Source: Azolla caroliniana
Lineage: Eukaryota; Plantae; Polypodiophyta
Reading direction: 5' to 3'
Length of the DNA stretch: 64,000 nt
Assembly (NCBI GenBank): GCA_043228905.1
Contig: JBHGNT010000001.1
Location: forward strand, 23,374,001-23,438,000
The notes under the pieces were generated by a model. That model saw only the letters and a list, made by a program, of their open reading frames with translations. It had not been told where the DNA came from and made no database searches. The translations under genes were made by a program, and so were the position numbers. Of the stretch, positions 14,397 to 28,245 are shown in pieces; within the stretch, counting starts at the first letter, position 1, and each line of letters opens with the position of its first letter.

Positions 14397-14910
14397 TGTA
14401 TTTAGTAACGCTAGATTTCAAATATCTTGATGGATAGATTTTCAATTTGAAGTCATGCATCGCTTAGAAAGTTGGTGTTCAATGGTCTTGGATGAGCTTA
14501 GATTCAATCCATATAGTGATATGCCCCTATTGATGTTTTGCTTTGTGTTGCACTCAATTTCATTCAAGGTATAGTAAGGCCATGGAACCATCACATCATT
14601 CCACTTGTGGTTTCAAGTTTGGAAGGAAGCTCTTCACAACTTTGAGACAAACATAAGTCCTCTAACCAAAGCATTTTAATTGCCATAAATTTCAGCATTT
14701 TTATAATAATAATGCAATTGATTTCGTGCATCTTCTAAAATAAATTATGTAAGATTAGACCATCCAAGTAAAGCATAACCAATCATTTCTATACCATGTC
14801 TATACATGTATTTGTGCTTGTCTACATGTGGTTGTGCATCTATTAGAGAGAACTATATAAGTTCCTTTCCAAAGGATCTAAACGAAATAGTGCACATGGA
14901 TAAGACCCTC

Positions 14911-15300
14911 GGATTTCCTGATCACTATGGTTTTGTGGATACACGTTTACTTCAGTAATACATGGCTTTTTTTGACACCATTTCCATACAGACAGTAATA
15001 CACTACTCGCTACCTCTTTCTTTGTGCTCCTGCCTATCTTTCATTGATTTCCTGATTATTATGGGTTTTGTGGATACACGTTTACTTCACTAATACATGG
15101 GTTTTTTTGACACCATTTTCACACACAGTAATACACTACTCTCTACCTCTTTCTTTATGCTCCTGCCAATCTTTCATTGATATCCTGATGATTATGGTTT
15201 AGTGGACACATGTTCTACTTCAGTCATACATGGGTTTCTTTGACACCATTGTCATACAGAAAATCCATATCTTTCTTTGCACTCCTGCCTATTAGGTCTT
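14911..15300. repeat. Three-copy ~134-bp tandem repeat between the convergent genes
   Basis: GAT(T/A)TCCTGAT..(T)ATGGTTT..GTGGA(T/C)ACA...TTGACACCATT...CTCCTGCC starts at ~14912, ~15046 and ~15179. Confidence 0.85.
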
Positions 15301-15873
15301 TCATTTCTATGATAATTGCAACTTCAAAATTTTCATAATCTTATGACCATTTCACTGGAGTAATGAATGCATAAAGAATTGACAACAATATTGCAATTGC
15401 ATGAATAGACGGACATGAATGACAGAATTCACCAAAACATTTCTGGCTTGTATTTAATATTCACATACTTTGGTTTATCCTTCCATCTAACATTGTAGAT
15501 GTCTTTAAGTTCTTTGTCATATGGCAGAATAAAGATGTGCACATTTTGCATTCCCACTGATTACCTAATGTATCCTTGAAATCAAAATCCTTCTCAAAAT
15601 TAGAATCCTTTAATGAATCCAAGTTATTTGACATGAGCGCATCCATTCATCTACTTTGATCTAATTTACCATCAAATCTGACAAGATGCTACCAGGGCTT
15701 GGTGATTACAACTAAATGGCTATAGCCAACAATGTGAAAAAAACTACATCACAATGTGAATCATTGCCTGTACATTGTTGACTTCAAATGGACGAATATT
15801 CATTGATAAATAAAAGTCAAAAAAATCGACTCAGCTAAAAATACATCAATTTGTTTTCACCAATTGGTTCTCT

Positions 15874-18800
15874 TCAGAAGCCAAATTTGAAAACACCAAC
15901 ATTCACATCAGTAGCAGTCTCCCAAAATGACACAGCTTTAGCTTTGCTCTTCCTTACTTTCTCCTCGGCTTTCCTCTGAAGTTCCTCAATAGATCCAGGA
16001 AAAGCTTTCTCGTATAAGCTTCTGAATTTGTCATGCAAATTCACACGATCTCTCGTCCCTGATACTAGTTGAGCTGAATTTGGTCGGTTAAGAAAATCTA
16101 ATACATTGATTAGATTACACCTGGCATTAGTTCATTTCATGAAACAGGAGAAAGATGGAAAATTAGTCTGGATAAAGAAAGATTGCTGTTACACAGTCAC
16201 TAACCAGAAGAACATGTTAAGACATACACATTGATTAGATTACACATGGCATTAGTTTATTTCATGAAACAGGAAAGAAGAACATGTTAACACATACACA
16301 TGGCATTAGTTCATTTCATGAAACAGGAAAAAGATGGGAAATTTAAGTCTGGAAAAAGAAGATTAAAGATTGTTGTAATACACTAGTACATATTCATCCA
16401 TGCATAGCTACTCCAATTAGAAATTCAGTTTTCTGGAAACAAGAAAGGAGAGATTATATTTCTCATTATCATGAACTAGCAAGCATTCATCAAACTCAAA
16501 TGAGTGGATACTCCATTTAGAAAGGTTCCTTGGTTGCAGCAAATAAGTTTATCATGTAAAACATCCAAAAATATTAAATAATAACATCACGTCACACGTT
16601 TCATTTCGGTACGCATATTTTACATTTTCTATGTTCTTGGTTGCAGCAAAATAAGTTTATCATGGAAAACATCCAAAAGAATTATATAATAACAGCGAGT
16701 CACACATTTAGGTACAGATATCCACAGAGGGTAAAATAATCTATTTTATTCTGTATAAAAAAATCATCATATTCAGTACCTGCTGACATAATTCTGTGTG
16801 ATTGCAATAGAATCTTCAAGATTGACCACCAAATGCCACCATCCATTTGGCACAAAGAGAACCTCTCCAGCTCTGCATATGCATTCTACTGGCCTTTTCT
16901 TCCAATGTTTAGTCTGAGCATAGAAATTCATAAACCACTCTGTGATGGAGACAGGAGAAGCCACCTCAGAACCATCTGAACTTGGATGCACACCTGGTGG
17001 ATTCACATCAGGAGGAAAAAGAATCCATTTTTTGGCACCTTTTACCACGGCATTCCATGCAGATGTGCTGTTCGGATCAATGTGAAAAGATGATCCTGAT
17101 CGCATTGGTCCAATAATAAGCCAGCGATAATCTGGTCTTTCTGTTCCCAAAATGGAAAACAAATCTTCCCGAAAGTAGATTGGAACTTTGTAGTCATCAT
17201 TCAACATGGGTATTCTTTCTCCAAATTTCGAATCAAATAGGTATAATGGACGCTCTTCAGAAACAGTATCTGAATAAAGAAAATAATCATCCATTTTCAT
17301 GTCCACAGGACCAACAGCTAGCTTGACATCACCAGATATTTTTATCAGATAATTTCTCGTCCATTTCTCTAATGCTGACCAGTTGGACAAAGCATCAGTA
17401 ATTATTACTGGTTTATTTGGCTCTTCATACTCATCAACGAATTCTTGTATGGAAAGATTACTTCGTCTGTCTATGTTGTCAACCATTAGCCACTCATCTT
17501 TCATCTTCAAGTTGCTGCAAAGCCAGCTTTGAAAGAGATAATCTGAGAAAAATCCTGTCACCTGTTTTGATGCCATATGAATTTCCGATTGACAATTGAA
17601 ACAATTAGCTATGAATTAGAGACTAAATGCAAAATGAGAATGTTCAAACTTTGATGAATGTTCAAAAATACAATACATTATTATCTTGGAATTAGTTCAT
17701 TGAACTTAATTAGCACCAACAAAAAGAGAGTTTCTAAAAAAGTTCAAGGACCAAACACAACATCAAATGTATGAGCTCTATATGAGGCCTCTCACACTGG
17801 AACAAATTTATATGTTTAATAGTCCCGGATAGCCATGGCCCTGATTTAAGCTCAAACCAAACTGTGTTGTTAAGTCATTGAGGTTTGAGGTTTGGTTTGG
17901 TTTTCAAATATCATTAAACAATCTGGTTTGGTTTTAATTATCATTAACCGCTTGTTTTTGGTTTGGTTCAGTTCTAAATCTCAGGTTTATTGGTTTAAGT
18001 AGATTGGTTAATGGTTTATCTGATTCTTGCTAAGCCTTTTTTTTATTTTCCTAATGGTTTAATAGTTTGATTAATATTTTCTTGTTTAACAATTTAATTA
18101 TTGTTTTCTTGTTTAACTTATTATTGTTTAATTGAAATTAATTTGACTTAAATGATTTGGTTCAGATTTGTGATTTCTCGGTCTTGAAACCCAAACCGAA
18201 CCATTTATACATAACAAAAACCTCGCGGTTCAAAGATTAAGCATAAACGAGATGAGCTCAAAGGTAATGTAGTCTCAAGTCTCAAAGATTAACAGTAAAT
18301 GACCAAACTGAAAATGTGGCATCTAGTTTCATTGGTTAATATTAGATGAACTAAACTCAAAGACAAGGACCAACTCAGAAGCAAGAGTTACCTCGAGCTT
18401 CAAGTATTCAGTTTAGGTTAACTAAACTCTAGGTCATGAATAAACTCAGAGGAAAATGACACCTTGAGCTTCAACGATTACGAGAAAATGAAATATTCTC
18501 AAAGCCAAATGTGGCCAACAGTTAACAGTAAATAACAAAACTCAAAGAAAATGCAATATCAAGCTTTATAGGTCGACACCAAGGGAAAGAAATGTTATGT
18601 ATAAATGGTTCGTTTTGATTTTAAGTGCAAGAAATCCAAGTCAAAACTGAACAAGGGCCATCCATACCTAGCTCCACTTTAAAAGATTTCAAATAATCCC
18701 AACTAGTCAACTAAACTAACTGTTTTGACAAACAACATTACAAGCAATAGAAGAAAGAAGCAAAAACCGTCAATTGAGAGATCGATAATAAAGAAGCTAA

Positions 18801-19801
18801 ATAGATCAATTTAACGAGAGAGAGAGAGAGAGAGAGAGATAGATATATTGATTATATTATCGTCTTCGGAGGTCTAATATGACCTATGATACAAAAAATA
18901 TTATATTTCACGTAATACGTGTGAAAATCAATAGCGACTCTCAATGTTCAAGAACTATATTAATGAACGTTGCAATCCAGAGTGCACATTGTGGTTGTGA
19001 GAAAAATTCGTGCAAGGATTGGCTTGGTCGAAGATATTTGGAAAGCATGGACAAACATGATCAAAGATATAGCATTGTATCAAAGTATGATACGCAAACT
19101 CTCGAACTTGTTTAGGGCAAATTGTGTATAGTCGACCCCCACTCTCATCACTTGTGGCCCAATGCCCTGTCTCATATTGCAATGCATGTGAGCTACACTA
19201 CTTAAAACAACATAAAACGAAAGGAGGAAACAAACAAAGATCTTACTTTGATAGGAGGCCATGGTAATGGAGCACAAGGAGAAGCAGAGGAAGCATAAGT
19301 ACATCTCCAATCTCGTTGAAACCTGAAATCTCCTCCAAATTTCTCCAACACAAGGTTTCTCCACAAGAAATCCTGATGAGAGAAAACGTAGAAAGCTTTG
19401 CTAACACGGGAGAGCGAGACCATGTCGGACGCCTCCAGAAGTCCTAAGATGTCACAAAGCAACTCATCTCCCAGCAAAGAGAAAAACGACCCGAGTCCTG
19501 AATCTCTGATGTTGTGAGAAGAGGAGGAGGAGGAGGAGAAGAGAAGGTTTCCAAGAGGTTGGACCGTGCAATAGCTATGGAGATCCTTTCTATCCAGCTG
19601 CAGGATTTCTTCGACTTCACACGCCGCCGCCGCTTCCGCTTCCGCTTCTTCGTCGTCTGTTCCTTCTTCTTCTTCTTCTGTCGCATTCGATTCTGCTCTA
19701 GCGGTTTCTTCCTTCTTCCTCTTTTTCCTCGCCTGTTCTCTGCGTAGTGCATTCTTCTTCTTCGTCGCCGTCTTCATCCCGCTTCTGAATTTCTCCTCCA
19801 T
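15874..19801 (-). CDS. JMJ22: F-box + JmjC domain protein (JMJD6-like arginine demethylase/hydroxylase, JMJ22 orthologue), ~527 aa
   Basis: Exons 19801-19247, 17561-16780 and 16120-15874 with matching phases. VQPLGNL, F-box-like LGDELLCDILGLL, JmjC PDYRWLIIGP..SGSSFHIDPNSTSAWN, VPNGWWHLVVN (H-x-D...H triad) and C-terminal FKFGF. Confidence 0.93.
16103..16370. repeat. Local duplications of the JMJ22 intron-2/exon-3 junction
   Basis: ACAC(C/A)TGGCATTAGTT(C/T)ATTTCATGAAACAGG occurs at ~16117, ~16242 and ~16297. Confidence 0.8.
17835..18661. mobile_element. Degenerate MITE-like insertion in JMJ22 intron 1
   Basis: Imperfect TIR ATGGCCCTGATT / AACAAGGGCCAT and many GGTTT/AAACC subterminal-type repeats; no clear TSD. 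Confidence 0.45.
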
Positions 19802-22037
19802 TTTGCAATTTGCGAGCGAGCGATGGAGCGAAGAAAGAATGAAAGGAAGCCTTCCTTCCTTGTTTCTTGTTGCCTTCTTTTTTCCTGCGTCTTCTGCTGA
19901 TTTGATTCATTTTGTGTGTGGAAGAAGAAGGTTTCCCAAAAATTACAGAAGTAACCACGCTGTCATTTTTAAGCTACCTCTCCTCTTCATTCATATTTGT
20001 CCTACTACGCTCTGGTGACTGCTCTCTCTCCTCTTTTCCTTTCCATCATTGTTCGGGTTCCTCCAAGAGTTCTTAGGTTTCCAAACCCACGTCGCATTAT
20101 CATGTTGCCATTGATTGACATGTGGGCGTGAAACCACATCCAAACCAGCATACATACAGGTAAGCTTGATTTGTGTGTGTGTGTGTGTGTGTGTGTCTCT
20201 CTCTCTCTCAACGATCAAGCTTACATACAAGTAAGCTTAATTTATGTGCATATATGTGTTGAAGTAGGTGGGATAAGCGAATTAGGAGAATGAAGGTGAC
20301 ATACTGGGAAATTCCCCAACCGAATCTCATATGAGACAACTGGAGTAAGCTTGCTTGCTGCTTCGGGGCTACCTACTTCTATAGCCAAGGAACTGGTGAA
20401 TGATGGAACCTCAGCAAATTGAATCGGTGAACTGGAGGATTATTGTATAATAGTCTATGCGGGCTTCTTTTTGTCTCAGTTTTAAGCAATCATAACTTGA
20501 TTTGCGATTGCAGAACACTCATTAAGATTTTGTACAATCAAGCTTACATACATGTAAGCTTGATTTGTGTGTGTGTGTGTCTCAACAATATTCTTCTTTT
20601 TATCTTCTCTTTTCTATCCTCGAGATCCTCAACGTCGCGCTACCTATGGATAGAGACTTGGTGCCTCTATGTGACACATGCAATGTGATCTTCCCAACAA
20701 TGTTGGCACTATGTGAATCCCTCACGTTCGAAGTCTTTTATATAACTTTCACTTTCTGTCTTCCTAATCCACCATGCTCATTCCTTCCACATAGACCCAT
20801 GTGGAGCATCTGATCCTCCACGTTCTTTTTCTCTAGAATTATAGTGATCCCTACTATCTTTGAGGGCATGTCCACCTCCCCACTTGAATACAACATCCCT
20901 TCATGCAAAATGTTTGGGCCTCCTTGGCTCTTCCATTATTCGGACTGGCATTATGATGACTAGACCTTTTGTCAGTCTTTATTCCTCCTTTCACCTCCAA
21001 TGGCCGAACAAGTGATCTTCATTTCGCTTCTTTAGTACTATTTTCCTCACTATTTTTCTCTCTAGGGCTCATGGTATGGTTTGGGGTTAGAGTGTTGTTT
21101 ATGTCTAGTGTGACGTCGAATCGATTGTCCTAACTCATCTGATGTCATGAAAATTTGCGAGAAGGGTTTGAAAGTTATGTTGAGAGATCAAGCTCAACTT
21201 AGTTTAGTTATTTAGTCAACCATGTAACTTACACCTTAAATAGAACCTTGTAATTAAGTGGGATACCCTAGATCCTCCACTCCTAAGTACATTTAATATA
21301 GGACTTACACCTTAGTACCTATATTCTACTCACACATGTGCACCTTTGCACATGAGATGTATATATACCTCATTGTGGGTATTTTTGTATTTGATGATGA
21401 TAATCGATGATGCTAATTTAATATAGAGTTAATCATCCCCCATCTCGTGTTGTTCATAATTGTATCTTCCTCGTTCTCTTCCTCTCTCTCTTCCTCTCTC
21501 TCTCACACACACATATATCACTTAATCTTTCGCTTATCTTAATCACATAATTAGGTACTAATTAACCCATAGTTAATTACCTCATTCTTAACAAGTTACA
21601 ATAGAATCATGAAGGTCTTGGATCAAGAAAGATTATGTGTTAGCATAAGCATCTAAGTGTCGTAAACGAACCTTTGTATTTGAGAGCCCTCGTCAATTGA
21701 GGCTCCTTTTATGGATAGAAGCTCTCTTCATTGATAGAGATCTCTTTTCATTAATAGACCTCTCATTGTTAATAGATAAGTCACTTCATCATTAGAGTTC
21801 TCTTCATGGGCAACAACTCTTTTTAACAATATCTCTATATTGGTGATAGGACCTTTGTAAGTAGGCTACTCAAGTCTTATCGTACTTCATTTTCATAGTT
21901 AGCCTTCATTTGGTGCAATGCCACCTGAAAATGAAAATTTGTATAATCCCACCCAAATCTAATGACGTCAATTAGACAAACTATTATGGATCATACTAAT
22001 GATGAGCAAAAAATTAGAGATTAACGAAAATAATTTA

Positions 22038-23145
22038 GGGAAAAGTACCAAGATACCCCTGGAAGTTCGACTATTTACCAGAATGCCCCTGGAAGTTCCA
22101 AATTTACCAAACTGCCCCTATGTCCAAAAAAATACACTTTATAAAGTAATTATACACTCAAATCTACAAGCCCTATTTACCACAATACCCTTCAAACACA
22201 AATTTCTTTACTTAAAGGGATTCTTCCGAGGGTATCCTGGTACTTATTCTTGGAACTCATCTGCTCATCATAATCATCATCCTTTCCTTCCATAATTACC
22301 TCCTCAGTACTTCTGCCTCCACGTTCTCTGCACCTCTGAGGATCCATGGGAACGATTTCTGCACACAAGAGATGATGTTCCAAAGTATATAGAATGATAT
22401 ACAATTACCTGCAAGAACCGATGCCAATCTTCGAGAGTTTCTTGACGAGAGGGGCGATGAGGCTGGCAGTAGAGAAAGGAGAGAGGGGAGTGACAGACAG
22501 TACAACGGTGAAGAGGAAATAGAGGTTTGCAATTGGCCTGAATTGCTCGAACAGAGCTTTGGGAAGGAACGTCACCAGGTTATACTTTGTCGTAGACACC
22601 CAGTTTGAAGGATAAATAGGAGATTATTCCCACATTTTGAACTGTCCTTACCACCATAACGCTTCACAGGTTTTCGAACATTCTGTTCTGATAATTTCCC
22701 ATCTGGTGATGGGAATTTCCCGATCGATACTAGCCTCGAGAATCCTTCTGTTTTCCTACTGATTTGATGGAGCCTCCCTTGTCATCTGTAATGGAGAATG
22801 GTCTCGCACACGAGAATTTATGGAGTTTGCTCCAACTCAGTTTCTTGCTGGGCTCAGTACTTTTAGTAATTGATTGTAACGATGGTGATTCTTTGATTTG
22901 TTGGTCTTGATCTTCAACCAATTCTGTAGCAGCAACACTAGTATCGATGGCGATCAAATCTTCGAACTTGATTAGCAACGATGAATTAATGAAGGCCGAT
23001 CAGGTCGCAGATGATGTTCAGAGTTACTGCAATGCTCTATGCTTATAAAATGAGGAAAGCTTGACTCCTCTCTGAAACAAAATCCGACAGAAAGAAAGGG
23101 AGAAGGTAGGTCGGGGTTTGTGTAAGCAGGATGAAGTGGCCATAG

Positions 23146-23186
<41 letters not shown>

Positions 23187-23623
23187 CAAAGGTAGGTTAC
23201 TTTGGGGGGGACAGTTATGACGATCATAATGTAGAAAGAAATTGTATGCATCATCATCATTATCACTCTGAATCGAAGGAGGAGGAGCAGCAGCAACAGA
23301 AGAAGAAGAAGAAGAAGAAGAAGAAGAAGAAGGAGAAGTATGGTTTGCTCTGTTTTATTCTGCTTTTGTGTTTGTGTTTGTGTGTGGCGTGTGTATGTTT
23401 GTGTGTACGTGAGACTTGTTTTCGTGAAGGCAATACAAACAAATGGCCCTGCGCGCGCAATAGTAATAGGGGTATTCTGGTAAATAGGGCTTGTAGATTT
23501 CACTCTATAATTATTTTATAAAAGTGTTTTTTTTTGGACATAGGGGCATCCAGGTAAATTTGGAACTTGCAAGGGCATTATGGTAAATAAACGAACTTCC
23601 AGGGGTATCCTGCTACTTTTCCC
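22038..23623. mobile_element. Non-autonomous Mutator-like element carrying host gene fragments (Pack-MULE)
   Basis: ~155-bp TIRs (22038-22191 and ~23469-23623, GGGAAAAGTA...TACTTTTCCC), perfect 9-bp TSD AATAATTTA (22029-22037, 23624-23632), no transposase inside. Confidence 0.92.
22451..22978 (-). pseudogene. Captured N-terminal fragment of a P4-ATPase phospholipid flippase (ALA family)
   Basis: KKLSWSKLHKFSCARP, then GFSRLV after a frameshift, then [34 protein letters not shown]...[14 protein letters not shown] after a second frameshift; truncated after the first TM helix. Confidence 0.88.
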
Positions 23624-24998
23624 AATAATTTATTAAGGGTGCTTAACTACACTGACCACCATGAAGTGAAGGACATGAGACAAACATAAAATACCATCGA
23701 TGTTCAATGTCATCAAATATTGCCTTAAGTTATACATTGAATGTTGAGTAACAAATATGAACAAGTGAGTTTGGCCTCCCAAATATTACCACTACTGCCC
23801 CTACAAACCTAAAGCTTTCTACCCAAACAAAAGAAGGGAACTTTAAGTTCCACAAATACCCTTAAAATACCAATAAAATATAAGCCTACATACTTAGGTT
23901 TCCTAAAGTATATTCCCCTTCTAAATTATGAATAAAGAATACACACACATAAGACACACCCTTACACATAAGCACATGCACAAAATTACACATAACCATA
24001 GACATGCACATATAATTACAAAATTGCACATAAACAATTTCGCACGTTGCCGTAAAGATTGTGGTTGTGTGTTGCAACCACCAGGGTTCTGTGACTCGGG
24101 GATGATTGGTATGACAAGGTGTAATCGTTGATGATGCGATGGCAAGAAGGCAAGATAGATGTGACGTTATCGCAAAAGAAATTTATTTGTAAAAAAAAGA
24201 CCACTTACAATATTTGTTTGCCAAAAGTCATTTTGCAAGACTCAAACTTAACTCCTCTTTTGGAAGAAAGGGTTATGAGGTAAACCACTTCAACCCTTCT
24301 ATTTCTCTATTGATTTAACTTTCTTTCACTTTATATTTACTATTTTTATTTTACAAAACTTGCTTACAAAAAATAATTTGCCTTGGCAAAACTTGAACTC
24401 ACAACCTTTATTTGAACTCTGCAACCCGCCCATTCTTTACCCTCGCAAACTTCTTCACTCGTTTCTCGTTTTCTCCTCCTCCTTCACCCACCATGGGAGG
24501 GGCTTTTATACGGGGTCAACCACCTTCCCACCCTCCTTGAGGCGATTTGTAAACCACCTCACATGAGTGGTTCCCTTTTTTTTCTTAAATAATTTTTTAT
24601 AAATTCAAATTACAAAAATACAAAATGGTTCTTATTTTATTCTGAACTCCCCTTTTTGATATAATTATATTTTTGTCTACAGTAATCTTGAAACTAGCAT
24701 TGATTCTGATGAATATGGAAGATGTTATGTTGCGGAAGATGAGGACATGTAGGTTAGTGTCAAGCAAACAAAACAGTAAACTAGATGAGCAAATATGCAC
24801 AATAGACAAGAAACAAGAATCAAGAGCAGTTGCACTTAGTTAAGCTCAAAGCAAACTCCTATTATTCCCTCCAAACTCTCTCTCTCTCTCTCTCTCTCTC
24901 TTGGTGAAAACACACAATTATATTAATAAATGTGTGTGAAAAACACTACTTACAATACGTGTGACAATGGAGTATGGTCACACACTAACCACACTACA

Positions 24999-26610
24999 CT
25001 ACATGGGTAGTGGAACATGTTGAATTGCCAATAGGCAAGACGAACACTCCACCGAGGAAAGAATTTCCACTTGTTCCAATAAAGAAAATTGCCACATTAG
25101 TACTCCCTTCAACTTTCGTAGATATGCTTTCACTCCATGTCTACCATCGAATACAAAATTGTTGCGCATGTTCCAATTATGACGCAATCCCCAATATCTC
25201 AGAAATAGGAAAACAATCTCCATCTCTGATTTTGGGCCAGCCTGTGTAAATTGTGCAAACACCCATTGTCTAGGTGTCAAATAACTCCGTGATAAAACTT
25301 GCCAAATTTGAGAAATGTAACTCCAAATTTGACAAGCAATTGGACATTGTATAAATCAACGAGTACTATCTTCTATCTGAACTGTGCAAAAGAAGCAGGT
25401 ACCCGTTGCTAGTCCACGACGCTTTAAAGCTAATCCCAAAGGCAATCCTCCGATCAAAACTCTCCAAATGAATACCTTTGCAACAAGTGGCAATTTAGAA
25501 TGGCAACTACGTTGTAAGATCTGCCACCACCCATGATCAGATTTGTGTATTTTCCATTCTTCTTCAACCTTAGATGATAACCATCCAAGAGACTCAACGG
25601 AACAATGATACAAAAGATTAGTAGTCACTTGTAACAATGGTGTTTGACCCCTTAAACTCCAATCAATCCACAATTGTTCTCCTGTTTCTAGAGGTAAGGA
25701 ACCTTGCATCAATGCAATATTCTGTAGTTGTTGCCAAATAAACCCATAATTAGGCGGGATGCGTAATAATTGTTGTGCTTCAGTAAACTCCAAAATTCTT
25801 TGAGATGGAACCTCAACTATATCTCCCACCTCTTTGACCCCCAAACGAAACAAACGATTAAATTGAGAACGCAATCTCTCCTTTCCTGGCCAACATAATA
25901 ACCGAGAAGACACAAGTAACTCTTTTTGCAAAGAGTTACAATGCTCTCTACTAGATGATGGTTTCCATATACATAACAAGAGTGCTTCTTGCCATAAGGT
26001 AACTAAGTGTTGAATACATGAAGAACCCGGAATCCTAAGTGAAATACATCCATTCAGTAATTGCCACCATGAAGCCTTAATCGTTGTCCTCCCATGTGTT
26101 AAACCCTTGTTCTCAATGAAATATCGAACAATAGATATCCATGGTTGTGAGTTTGAACACATGTCTTGTAATAATGAAAATCTACGAGCCATCATATGCA
26201 TAGATAAGTTCAATATTCCAACCCCCCCCCAATCGCTTAGGGGTTGCTAGATGATTCCAAGCAATCCATGCGATTCCCATCTTATCCCTCTTCTTCCACA
26301 ACAAATATCGAAGAGGTTGCAAAACAGAATTCAATGTCTTCTTTGTCCATGGCAATAATCGCAAGTAATATAATATCATGGGTTCCATAATACATTGTAC
26401 AACCTTCAAGCGAACATAAAATAACCAGGATTGTGGCTTCGAATACATGAACTTATCCCTCAACTTACTAGACATCCATTCAATCAATTGACCATTTGTA
26501 GCATTCATTCCTAATGGATAGCCCAAGTGTCGAAAAATAGAGCCTTTCTTCACCACGGATCCTTGCCATCCTAAACATTCCAAATCCCTTTCAGTGCATG
26601 ATATGAGACT

Positions 26611-26613
<3 letters not shown>
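24999..26613 (-). mobile_element. 5'-truncated, decayed L1-type LINE (RT C-terminus and zf-RVT region)
   Basis: FRHLGYPLG, IAWNHLATPKRLGGG, KVFIWRVLIGGLPLGLALKRRG..GTCFFC...ED and WNMRNNFVFDG across frameshifted ORFs; begins at a (CT)n tract. Confidence 0.85.
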
Positions 26614-26653
<40 letters not shown>

Positions 26654-27620
26654 TACAACAACTTAGTTTGACTTTCTATAGTTAAGCCCTAACTAGGTCG
26701 TGTGTTCACACCAGAGATACAAATGGGTAGAGTCAGCCTTTTATGCCAACATATTCTTCCTTTCCAAACTCCGATTTACGAACCAAAAAATCGTACACGC
26801 CCCTTATTGAAAGTTCCAGATGGAAAATGTCTTTCCCAAGATTTTTAACATTGTTTTGATATCGTGAAACCTCAGCTTCACGACAATGGCACAAACACAA
26901 ATAATTTCATGCACATAAGCATATCAACGCGCACTTACGAATTTTCACATGCACACATAATTAAACACAAAGAGGTGGATAATTAAACATGTACACACAC
27001 TCACACTCACCTACCCTAGTGGTAAGTTGTAAGCCTATTAATACTAAGCCTTGGGTTAAAAGGCCCAAATTTCTATACCTTTCTATTATACCACTTATGA
27101 TCAAACTTGATCCACCATGTTGAAGCTTCACACTTGCATGTCTTATGATCTGAGTGCAAATAGGATGAAATCTTTACATTAAGGTGGAGATGTAAATAAT
27201 GTAAACAATAATTATTGGTTGGCTCGCTTATGGCGAAACTAGTTCGATGTATACAATATCAAAGGTATGTGCATGGATTGGAAAAAATGGTAAGAGAGCT
27301 AAAGGACAAACTTGCTTTTGAAAACACTACATTGCACCTCAACACCTTGATATTACTTGAGTATTAATGGAGGAAAGTCACTTGAGAGCCAAGGGTTCAT
27401 ATTGAATCTCCTGAGCATTTCAAAATTGTTTTCATATATGGTACCTCCCAAGCATATTCAAAGGTGCACGAAGAACTCGGGGTGCAAAGTAAATATATGC
27501 TTCCAATTTCCCAAATCCATGAGAAGGTTATAATCATAAAACATAATAAACATGTTCGTGGAAGCATTCAAACGTTTGGAAACAAACATGTTTGAAAAGG
27601 GAAAAATGCATGTTCCTTTT

Positions 27621-28235
27621 TGTAAGGAATCGACGCTTCGATTAACCTTCACCACTCGGCCACAACCGAGTAAGCGCGAATCGATGCAGCAGAAAATAGG
27701 AACCACAGAGAGAAACACACGAATACACAGGGATTAACGTGGAAAACCCTAGACGGGAAAAACCACGGGAGTACAAGACTCCAAACCAACACTATACAAA
27801 GAGAAGTATACAATGGCGAGCTGCAAGGCGACGACCTTGAGCTCGCTGTCCTCGCCACAGGCGGCGGAAATACACAGAGGCGTCGTCCTCTTCCTCTCTC
27901 GCGCTCTATCTCTCTCTCTCTCTCTCTCACGGCTGCTCCCTCTTCACTCCTCTTGAGTGGAAAAACAGAAAAAAAGATCAGCAACAATAAAACAGTTTGC
28001 CCTAAGTCATATTTATACATATATGACTTTGGGGCTATTTACAACTATAGCCTCAGGGGCCCATAGCAAACATATTCACGGATATGTCCCTGCATCCGGA
28101 TCGCTCTCCGGGTACATTCGTCATCCGGCTCCGAAGCCGGGGTCTTCATCATCCGGTTCCGAAACCGAAACCGGGCTCGTCGGCATTCATCTCCGACATC
28201 CGACCATCCCATCCGAAGGGACCGTAATCCCAACA
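27621..28235 (-). repeat. 3' LTR of the Copia element
   Basis: Near-identical to 32364-32978 (4 substitutions seen by eye). Confidence 0.97.
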
Positions 28236-28245
28236 AACTCCCCCT

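Noticed and set aside
23024-23521. Poly-Leu/poly-Lys ORFs
   Set aside because: (GAA)n and (GA)n microsatellites inside the Pack-MULE.
24040-24600. Possible DNA-transposon end with TTGCC/GCAAA repeats
   Set aside because: No termini or TSD could be defined.
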